Assembly: GCA_035637575.1 (NCBI GenBank) | Contig: DASPWY010000189.1 | Span: 1 to 38,961, forward strand | From: Candidatus Bathyarchaeia archaeon | Lineage (GTDB): Archaea > Thermoproteota > Bathyarchaeia > 40CM-2-53-6 | Direction: 5' to 3' | Length of the DNA: 38,961 nucleotides | In this document: positions 26,770 through 33,813 of the stretch, piece after piece | How positions within the stretch are numbered: position 1 is the stretch's first letter | Layout of the letters: each line of letters opens with the position of its first letter | Notes under the pieces: generated by a model | Told to the model about the DNA's origin: nothing | Database searches by the model: none | Seen by the model: only the letters and a program-made list of their open reading frames with translations | Position numbers and translations under genes: made by a program

Positions 26770-27011
26770 CAGCGGACCGACTTTGGATGGTGGTTAGGAT
26801 TTCTCAGGGAGAGATGCTTCTTGACAACAACTGCATACGGTGCAGGTTGGTGACATAGGGCTGATTGAACCATCATCGTGCAACAGGAACACTTCATGTC
26901 TAAGCATCGGCCTCGGAGGCCATGACGGCAGTCTTGGCAGGAACAGCTGCTTCCAGAACCCGTGAGAATAATGAATCCCGTCGGCCCGGTCTCAGAACGC
27001 TTCTTCTTCAA
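26766..27011 (-). CDS. Small cysteine-rich protein (Cys7His motif, copy A)
   Basis: 81-aa ORF with a TTG start. The core is CSCQDCRHGLRGRCLDMKCSCCTMMV, which aligns residue-for-residue in its Cys/His/Leu positions with the unlisted ORF at 32810-32983. Confidence 0.45.
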   Translation of the reverse strand: MKKKRSETGPTGFIILTGSGSSCSCQDCRHGLRGRCLDMKCSCCTMMVQSALCHQPAPYAVVVKKHLSLRNPNHHPKSVRC

Positions 27012-27070
27012 GCCAAACTGGATAATTAACTGGATAAGCTGTTTAACTGGTTGCCGTTACCGAGAATCAC

Positions 27071-27567
27071 TTGGCCAACGTCAGAACTCCTAAGGCTTAC
27101 GAAAAACATGCGTGGACGCTTCTCTTCGCATTCTGGACACTCCACTTCGTCCTATCGGTGCGCGACTTTTTCCCGAGTTTGCAAGACTTCTGCCTAGCGT
27201 GTCTGCCTGGGGCACAGACCGCGATACAGACTTCAACTGGTATGAGCTGGAGCCAGCTGGCCTCGACGAATCCGAGACTCGCCAGTTTCTTCGGCTCCAC
27301 ACTCATCGATGACGGAATCTCAGAGTCGGCCTAGCTATTTTCGGAATGTTCGTCTCACTGACGAGTTTTAGGAGCGGCGAGAAATGGGCCTGGTACGTGT
27401 CGTGGTTGATGCCGATTGGAATTCTCCCTGCTCAGCTCAATGTATACCTGTTAACCGGGTCCGTAATGGTAATCGTGCTAGCCATCGTGTTTGTCGTGGT
27501 ATCTCTTCTGGCCGTCTTCCTCCCGTACAGACAGTTCTTTCCCAAGAAGATGTTGCCCGTTTCCTAG
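27071..27567 (+). pseudogene. Four-TM membrane protein split by a -1 frame change (pseudogene, sequencing error, or two small genes)
   Basis: ORF 27071-27334 ends ...FFGSTLIDDGISESA*. The frame of ORF 27346-27567 is already open from 27313 (RNLRVGLAIFGMFVSLTSF...), so a 1-nt indel near 27313-27320 would fuse them into one hydrophobic protein of about 165 aa. Confidence 0.4.
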
Positions 27568-27604
27568 AATCTTTTTGACCCAGTTCCAGAGGTCAGCCTT
27601 ATCC

Positions 27605-27613
27605 TTTAATAAA
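27605..27613 (+). promoter_or_regulatory. Candidate TATA box for tRNA-Asn
   Basis: TTTAATAAA lies about 40-48 nt upstream of tRNA position 1, which implies a short 5' leader. Confidence 0.3.
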
Positions 27614-27652
27614 CGGAGTTTCCGGATTGCCGTTGCCGCCGGCTAGAAGCGG

Positions 27653-27814
27653 GCCGCCGTTCCCTCAAACAGGGGCGCGAGCTCAGTGGTAGAGCAGCGG
27701 GCTCAGCTCAAAACTGAGGCTGAAGCTGTTAAAGAAAGCCACTGCAGCAACCCGTTGGTCAGAGAGCCCACAGGACGGGCCCGGCCAGAGGTTCGAACCC
27801 TCTCGGCGGCGCCA
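27653..27814 (+). tRNA. tRNA-Asn (anticodon GUU) interrupted by four BHB introns; encoded CCA
   Basis: Exons are 27653-27660, 27680-27700, 27725-27731, 27750-27762 and 27789-27814. They join to GCCGCCGU AGCUCAGUGGUAGAGC A GCGGG CUGUUAA CCCGU UGGUC AGAGG UUCGAAC CCUCU CGGCGGC G CCA (75 nt, all stems paired). The introns are 27661-27679, 27701-27724, 27732-27749 and 27763-27788, and each has a 4-bp central helix flanked by two 3-nt bulges. The Asn assignment rests on GUU in a CUGUUAA loop, G73 and a GCCGCCG acceptor (recollection of archaeal tRNA-Asn). Confidence 0.8.
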
Positions 27815-27940
27815 AAACTTCAACGAAATTGAATCTAATTTGAACAGGTCTTCCGTGGTAGTCTTCGTCCGGGGTCCGATCGTGTCCCATTCACAGAGCA
27901 AAGGCTTCTTCTCTAAGCGTCCCGATCTTCCTCGGCGAAC

Positions 27941-28996
27941 ATGAGTATCGACGGCCGCGACTCCAGCAGGTTTCCCGTGGGTGGTGGGTTTCTTAGAGGA
28001 CTACCTTTCTGGCTTGGCGCTGTTATCGTTAGCTTCGTTCCGACAAAAACACTTTCGACAATAGACTTTGTGCTCGCTCCTCCGCAGGGAATTGGAAACC
28101 TAATCTTCGATGATGCTCTCTTTCTCTCCCTCATTATGCTCTACTTCCTGTACGCGATGCGATACATTACTAGAAGAATAGATCGATTAGGCGAGTACGT
28201 GAAAGATATGAGCATTGGGAACACGGCGTTACACTTGGGAACGTCCTACCGACTGTCAAGAGTTTTCCTAATTTGGATCATACTCCTCGGAATCATCACA
28301 CTACTCTCGCCCATTCCCGCGACAATTGAAAAAGTTGCCTTGGAACAGATTCCCGTCTTCGCATATTTCTTCCTCATCCTAGCACTCTTCCTATGGACGT
28401 ACGGCTCTTCCATGCTTGCGATATATCGAGCCGGTAGACTTCCGTTTCAGCTGAAACCCTTCACTGAAGACAGAACCCTCGGATTGAAGCCGTTCGGCAC
28501 CGCCTCCATGAGGCTGGCAAGTGTCTACGCCATCTTCCCGATAATCGTAACAATCACCCAACTCTTCAAAATCAACGTGGAAGTTCCTGGTGGGGTAACA
28601 GTTGAGCCGGGACACTTCGAAGCGGGCACTGCGATTTTCCTGGGCGGACTGATACTCGTTGGAATCGCCCTCTTCCTCCTTCCCTTAGTTGGCATCCACC
28701 GTCGGCTCCAAGAGGCCCAGCGTCGGGAGCTCGATTGGATAACGCCACGTTACACTACTCTTGTCCAACGACTGAAAGATCGAATGTCGCGTTCAGACCA
28801 CTTGGAGAGCGCGGACGAGAAAGACGCTTTGGCGAGTGAGCTCTCAGCTGTTCGTCAAGTCGAGAGTGACATTCACAGGATTCAGACCTGGCCCTTCGAC
28901 ATCGGAGTCATCACCCGACTCGCAACCGTTCTGGTTCTGCCTCCAATTCTCGGTGTAATCGCGAGAATAATGATCCTCATATTCCTCCACATATAG
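27941..28996 (+). CDS. Hypothetical polytopic membrane protein
   Basis: 351 aa with about 6 TM helices. A charged helical segment (RRLQEAQRRELDWITPRYTTLVQRLKDRMSRSDHLESADEKDALASELSAVRQVESD) precedes the last TM. No recognised motif. Confidence 0.5.
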   Translation: MSIDGRDSSRFPVGGGFLRGLPFWLGAVIVSFVPTKTLSTIDFVLAPPQGIGNLIFDDALFLSLIMLYFLYAMRYITRRIDRLGEYVKDMSIGNTALHLGTSYRLSRVFLIWIILLGIITLLSPIPATIEKVALEQIPVFAYFFLILALFLWTYGSSMLAIYRAGRLPFQLKPFTEDRTLGLKPFGTASMRLASVYAIFPIIVTITQLFKINVEVPGGVTVEPGHFEAGTAIFLGGLILVGIALFLLPLVGIHRRLQEAQRRELDWITPRYTTLVQRLKDRMSRSDHLESADEKDALASELSAVRQVESDIHRIQTWPFDIGVITRLATVLVLPPILGVIARIMILIFLHI

Positions 28997-29078
28997 AATG
29001 AAATCAGCGATTTCACGGTTACCGGGGACCGAGAACCATTTCAACCCAAAGCCTAGGAAATCGTAGTTCGAATAACTG

Positions 29079-29486
29079 ATGAGCAAGAGGAAGGATGCGC
29101 CATTCGGTCGTCTCCGATATCTCTACATGGGAACCTCTAATGTCCAGAAAGACGTCGACTACTATACCAAGGTCTTGGGGGCCAGGAAGATCTGGGATAT
29201 CTCGAGTTTTGGCACTAGAGTCGCTGCCCTTCGGCTCGGTGAAGGCCCTCTCTTTCTTCTCGCAGATCATCGGCCCGCGCCTAGCTGCATACTGATCTTC
29301 CAGGTAGACAATTTGAAAGCGGTATCAGAGGAGCTCCGACAGAGGGGCTGGAAGCCCGAAGGAGAACGGTTCGAAATTCCCGAAGGCCCGTGTTACAGGT
29401 TTAATGATCCAAGCGGCAACCCGCTCGCTCTCCTACAAATAACAAGACCCAACGTACTCGGAATAACCACTGAAGAGACGGAATGA
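29079..29486 (+). CDS. Glyoxalase/bleomycin-resistance/dioxygenase (VOC) superfamily protein
   Basis: 135 aa. The L.YLYMGTSNVQKDVDYYTKVLGA start and FEIPEGPCYRFNDPSGNPLAL end fit the VOC beta-alpha-beta-beta-beta module. Confidence 0.55.
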   Translation: MSKRKDAPFGRLRYLYMGTSNVQKDVDYYTKVLGARKIWDISSFGTRVAALRLGEGPLFLLADHRPAPSCILIFQVDNLKAVSEELRQRGWKPEGERFEIPEGPCYRFNDPSGNPLALLQITRPNVLGITTEETE

Positions 29487-29556
29487 CACTACTGGACTAC
29501 CTCAACAGAATTTGCTTTGTATTGGTGGCTACTAGGAAACGCGGACGGGATCAAAT

Positions 29557-30180
29557 TTGACGAGGAAGATTACGGTGAACATGTACATGACTCTCGACGG
29601 ATACGGCGAGTTTCCCAAGTATCCCGGGTCCGACGTTCCTTCGAAGGAACCTGGTGAGGGTTTCACTGACATGTGGATCAAACGATATGATTCGGTGGAC
29701 ACGATCTTGTACGGTCGGAAATCCTACGAAGGTCACGTTGCCGTACACTCCGAATCAGCGAGGAAAGCATCAGATCCGGAGTACCTGTTCGAGTTCTCAC
29801 GATTCCTAGGCCGAAGTCAGAAGATCGTCCTCTCTCACGTCCTGAAAAAGACCGAATGGCAGAATTCTAGGATCATGAAAGGAGACCTCAAACGAATCGT
29901 CGCCCGCCTGAAACGGGAACCGGGAAAGGACATCATCGTGGACGCGGGCCCCTCGCTCGTCCAGGAGTTCATCCGGCGGGGTCTAGCAGATGACTACCGT
30001 ATGATAGTGTGGCCAGTCATCCTCGGACGCGGGAAACACTACTGGGGGTCGATGCTGAAACAGCAGACGCTAAATCTCCTTTCTGTCAAGAGCCTAAAGC
30101 ATGGCGAGCTTATGCTACACTACGAGACGGTCCGATCCGGGAAGCGACAGGGGCCCCGCCGAGGGGTCCGAACCCCTTGA
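29557..30180 (+). CDS. RibD C-terminal domain / dihydrofolate-reductase-like protein (paralog 3)
   Basis: KITVNMYMTLDGYGEF, DTILYGRKSYE, IIVDAGPSLVQEFIRRGLADDY. TTG start. Confidence 0.65.
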   Translation: MTRKITVNMYMTLDGYGEFPKYPGSDVPSKEPGEGFTDMWIKRYDSVDTILYGRKSYEGHVAVHSESARKASDPEYLFEFSRFLGRSQKIVLSHVLKKTEWQNSRIMKGDLKRIVARLKREPGKDIIVDAGPSLVQEFIRRGLADDYRMIVWPVILGRGKHYWGSMLKQQTLNLLSVKSLKHGELMLHYETVRSGKRQGPRRGVRTP

Positions 30181-30242
30181 CAAGAAATCCTCCTAGGATT
30201 CCTACTGAATGATAGACTTTGAGAATGATGGTGAGGGCTCAA

Positions 30243-30482
30243 CTACTTTCTGGCTTTCTCTCTCTTTGCGTCTTCCAGTAGCTTCTTCTTGGCGCGTTCA
30301 GGGTCCTTAATGTACAGAATCATCGCGTTGGCGTGACCGTGTCCCAATCCACAGTCCGATTTGAGCCAAGAGAGTAGCTCAGTGTGCTTTACTAGCCCTT
30401 TCTCTTTCGCGAGTTTCTGAAAGTACTCGGGGTCCTTACCGGTCTTGGCCTTGATGTTGTCTATGTACGCTTTGTATGTCAT
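30243..30482 (-). CDS. DUF4287-like small protein
   Basis: I prefer ATG 30482 (MTYKAYIDNIKAKTGKDPEYFQKLAKEKGL..HTELLSWLKSDCGLGHGHANAMILYI). The track ORF extends to 30596. Confidence 0.55.
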   Translation of the reverse strand: MTYKAYIDNIKAKTGKDPEYFQKLAKEKGLVKHTELLSWLKSDCGLGHGHANAMILYIKDPERAKKKLLEDAKREKARK

Positions 30483-30771
30483 GTTCTCACGACGTGTCAG
30501 ACCCTTCAAGTTCGAATTTGACTTAACTCTTCTCCAAAGAAGAGAACAATCAAGGAGATGCTCGTCAGTCCCCAAACAGTCAGCAACGGACAACATTCAT
30601 TGATGGTGGTGGAGCTGTTCGTTTGACGTTTTCACGGAATCGCTGAAACTCGTGGAGGTTTGATGGATGTTCCACGCGCGGGACGCGTGGGTTGCGATAC
30701 GGATTATAAGCGGCGAAGCATCTAGTTACCCGTAGAGCACTGTTCCTATATCTGCTCTGGCTGGTTGAGAC

Positions 30772-31083
30772 ATGAAGCTTGACCCAGGTGGCATAGGCGA
30801 ATTGCGAGTCTTAGACTCGGGATATACAGACCAGGTCTTACTAGACACTATCAGCGAGGAGGTTCTGCGGATCAAAGCGACAGTCTGCAACAGTCTCCAA
30901 GATCTCAACAGGCTCTACATGGTCGACCGCGCACTATACACCAACACGCCCGGCATACCTCTCTACATGGAATTCACGCCGCAAAACATGAAATCGATCA
31001 AGACGCCACTCATAATCAGCGAAGTCAAACTCTACACCGTGGAACGAGTCTGGGGCGTGCGAACCCTAAGAATCACTAGGTAA
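30772..31083 (+). CDS. Hypothetical protein
   Basis: 103-aa ORF with an ATG start. No recognised motif. Confidence 0.35.
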   Translation: MKLDPGGIGELRVLDSGYTDQVLLDTISEEVLRIKATVCNSLQDLNRLYMVDRALYTNTPGIPLYMEFTPQNMKSIKTPLIISEVKLYTVERVWGVRTLRITR

Positions 31084-31456
31084 ACTGAACTAGTCACTCC
31101 TTACAGTTGAACTGGGTGACTACGCTTACAGGAATTGCGTAATAATCTGAGCAGGATCCATCCTGAACCCCGGCACGATCAAGAAGAGCACGGAACGAAG
31201 TTCGACATAGACGATCTGGGCCTGGCTAACTTCTATCCCGCCAAGATTCACCAAGAGATCTCACTATACACTCTTCGTCGGAGTCACCCCATCCTGTCCA
31301 GCTTCTTAGGAGTTGCTCTGCTGGGTCCAAGTATAGGAGGCTATCCGTATCAATATCGAGATTCGGAAGTTACTTCGAGTATGCGTGTATAGTTTCGTTC
31401 TGCTTAGATTGAACAGACGAGTATCAACCATAGAACAAAGGAAAGGAACTCTGTCG

Positions 31457-31927
31457 ATGTCACACTCCTCAACTGAGCAATCTAATCATTCTTACACAGC
31501 CATGCCGGGCTACGTCAAGATCATCATCCTAGCCCAGGCAGCCACGATCCTCTCGTTTGCTGTCTGGATGTACCAAGAATACCTGAACGACATATATTTC
31601 CAAGAATACGTTATCAGCCTCCTCAGGTCAAACATAATCGCCGACGCACTCTTGCCCATCGTCACAGCTTCAGTATTCGCCCTCGGCACCTTCACCCTGC
31701 TAGGCTCAATGCGCACAGCACGCCTAGCAAACAAGGCATGGCGTCTCCTGTCAGAGAGAGAGGAAGATTCACACCAGTCCCTACTGCCTAGCTTGGAGCC
31801 AGTCGAACCATCTGCGAAACCGCGGAGCACAAGCCGCCGACGGGGCACTCGAAGACCGAGGGTGGATACGGACCGGATCCTTGATTCTATGCGTCACTTT
31901 GGGGACGACCGCAGACAATCGAACTGA
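31457..31927 (+). CDS. Hypothetical membrane protein with a basic C-terminal tail
   Basis: ATG 31457 (MSHSSTEQ...) is preferred over GTG 31385. Two TM helices (VKIIILAQAATILSFAVWMY, LLPIVTASVFALGTFTLLG) are followed by an R/S/P-rich tail. Confidence 0.4.
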   Translation: MSHSSTEQSNHSYTAMPGYVKIIILAQAATILSFAVWMYQEYLNDIYFQEYVISLLRSNIIADALLPIVTASVFALGTFTLLGSMRTARLANKAWRLLSEREEDSHQSLLPSLEPVEPSAKPRSTSRRRGTRRPRVDTDRILDSMRHFGDDRRQSN

Positions 31928-31970
31928 CAGTCTCTACCGTACTCGCGGATTCCTCTTGGCTTGTAAAGGG

Positions 31971-32549
31971 TTAGATCTGCGACTGTTTTGCCTTGGGAGT
32001 CTTAGGGGCTATGGCCTGTTCCTTGTCGACACGACGAATTTTGCATACGAGTTGATCGTCGGTCTCTTCTAGCTCCACTTCCATTCCAAGTCGAACACTC
32101 AAGGCTTTGAGGGACGCGCCATAGTAGGCGGACGCGCTCTGTCCCATGCTATGCCTCAGAATTATCGTGCGGTTGCGGTCATCGCCCGACTCGGAGTAGG
32201 CGAACGCGTTGGAGTATTCCGCGCCTATCACCCGGAAGGTCTTCAGAACAGACTCTAGATCGAACTTGCGGAAATAGTAGAGAATGAACTCGACGACTGC
32301 GCTGTTACCGTTCTGGAGCCCCATTTCTCGAGCCTCTTCAACAGTTAGGTGCGACCAAAGCAGTTTCATTAGTCGGGGATCGCTGATGACCAGCTTGAAG
32401 TTCTCAACGAATCTTCCCCATTCGAGGTAGTGTCGCAGGGCCTTGTTGATGAGCAAGTTGGCCTCTAGAGTATGACCATCTACAAGAGCGTCTATTTTCT
32501 CGCTGACGTCTGGCTCAATGGCAAATGTTCGACGCGTCAGTCGTGCCAT
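31971..32549 (-). CDS. Ribbon-helix-helix (CopG/Arc/MetJ-like) regulator with a C-terminal putative ligand-binding domain
   Basis: 192 aa. The N-terminus RRTFAIEPDVSEKIDALV....ANLLINKALRHYLEW fits a beta-strand plus two helices of RHH. The C-terminal part of about 130 aa is unassigned (possibly V4R-like). Confidence 0.45.
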   Translation of the reverse strand: MARLTRRTFAIEPDVSEKIDALVDGHTLEANLLINKALRHYLEWGRFVENFKLVISDPRLMKLLWSHLTVEEAREMGLQNGNSAVVEFILYYFRKFDLESVLKTFRVIGAEYSNAFAYSESGDDRNRTIILRHSMGQSASAYYGASLKALSVRLGMEVELEETDDQLVCKIRRVDKEQAIAPKTPKAKQSQI

Positions 32550-32567
32550 GAGGGTTGTCGCAACTAG

Positions 32568-32609
32568 CGCTGGGCGGGATCAAGCGTATAGGAGTTGCCT
32601 AGCCCAGCG
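32568..32609. promoter_or_regulatory. 8-bp perfect inverted repeat CGCTGGGC-N26-GCCCAGCG upstream of the RHH gene (candidate operator or leader hairpin)
   Basis: The arms are at 32568-32575 and 32602-32609. The near arm lies 19 nt upstream of ATG 32549. Confidence 0.3.
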
Positions 32610-32809
32610 ACTATCATGTGGACCCTAGCATAGTCCAGATCACAAGAGGCTACCCCAGGCAAAGACTTTCAGAGATAGTATGACTCTTCTATGACTTGGC
32701 CGGAATCCCCTTGTCTGATACTGTTGCAATCTCCGGACCTTGAGGAGCGTGGCGAGAATGGCTTCTCATCAGAGGTCGATTGATAATCTCAGAAAGCGTT
32801 AGTTGACGG

Positions 32810-32983
32810 TCACTGGCTTACCTGTGTTGTGCAGCACCAGCAACCTTTGTTGAGACAGTCACTCTGAAGATGATGGTCGCAGTGTCCGCAGACGCAGAAG
32901 AACTTGCCCCTCTTGACCTTGCCCATCGTCGAATTGTGAACCTCGATGGTATTCGATACCAATGCCTGCTTGGTCAGCGACAT
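32810..32983 (-). CDS. Small cysteine-rich protein (Cys7His motif, copy B); not in the ORF track (57 aa)
   Basis: My own translation gives MSLTKQALVSNTIEVHNSTMGKVKRGKFFCVCGHCDHHLQSDCLNKGCWCCTTQVSQ*. It shares the CxCxxCxHxLxxxCLxxxCxCCTxxV pattern with ORF 26766-27011. An internal ATG at 32926 would give a 38-aa form. Confidence 0.5.
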   Translation of the reverse strand: MSLTKQALVSNTIEVHNSTMGKVKRGKFFCVCGHCDHHLQSDCLNKGCWCCTTQVSQ

Positions 32984-33177
32984 CTCTCAACGGTGGTGGA
33001 AAGATGCGATTGAGGATAACTCGGTGTTGTAACTCTGAGTGATCGATACCGGGTTTCCTAATCCAGAGGTTTCATGAACAGTTACTCCGTTTCTCACCAT
33101 TGGCTAGAACCCGAGAGTCAATACACGGGTTGCAGATCAAAAGAATACGCGCGCCCCCAATTGCGGGCAGGATTAAG

Positions 33178-33750
33178 ATGGCGTCACAAACCAAAGGAAG
33201 AGAGTCGTGGACCGAAGAAGAGTCTACGAGGACAACCATTCGGCAGTCGAGCCCGCTAAAACTGTCAAGGGTTTTCAGATTCGTCGACCAGCAGACTGGG
33301 GCTCCACAGATCTCAGACTTTCCAGACTCCAACCCTACAGGAGACACTCCCCTAGAAATCAGGATGAAACATTTCACGGAGATCGAGAACTTCACCTTTC
33401 TAGCCTACACGCTCTCCCACGAACTTGGAGGGACTACTCCGAGGCCCATTCGGACCGTAGCTGATCTACAGGTTCCCGACGAGGAGTTTCAGAACTTCAT
33501 CAACGAAGCGAAGACCGCGAACCTGACTGACGAGGAACTTGCGGACACTGTGCTGGATGTGGGAATTAACTGGGAGCACTTCGTTGCCTCAACCGATAAT
33601 CTCCTAATCCCTGAACATCCGCTGAAGATAACGGATGTTCTGATGCAGGAGAAGATCGACTCCCTCGACATCATCACAGAAGCATTCGTCCGAGAGGTCA
33701 ACCTCCGCAGCATCGAGAAGAAGACCGGGACGAAAAGCAGAGAAAGCTAA
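33178..33750 (+). CDS. Hypothetical acidic protein
   Basis: The track ORF starts at 33100 (TTG); I prefer ATG 33178 (MASQTKGRESW). No recognised motif. Confidence 0.4.
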   Translation: MASQTKGRESWTEEESTRTTIRQSSPLKLSRVFRFVDQQTGAPQISDFPDSNPTGDTPLEIRMKHFTEIENFTFLAYTLSHELGGTTPRPIRTVADLQVPDEEFQNFINEAKTANLTDEELADTVLDVGINWEHFVASTDNLLIPEHPLKITDVLMQEKIDSLDIITEAFVREVNLRSIEKKTGTKSRES

Positions 33751-33813
33751 GAACGATTAGCGCAAAAGACAATCGACGTCTCGAGTTCTTACCTGTCGGA
33801 TGGAGATAGGTTG

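Noticed and set aside
27635-27641. A second GCCGCCG heptamer 18 nt upstream, as an alternative tRNA-Asn 5' end.
   Set aside because: It would be followed by G8 rather than U8 and gives no BHB. The proximal copy (27653) gives U8 and a clean BHB whose outer helix uses 27651-27654.
27702-27718. Hairpin CUCAG-CUCAAAA-CUGAG, which looks like a perfect anticodon arm for tRNA-Leu(CAA). Other readings of the 49-nt anticodon-region insert give Val CAC, Leu CAG or Ala CGC.
   Set aside because: The D arm is class I and there is no long variable arm, and there is no G3:U70 for Ala. The hairpin is exactly the inner helix of the BHB for the 30/31 intron. Only the GUU reading gives two symmetric BHBs and a standard CUGUUAA loop.
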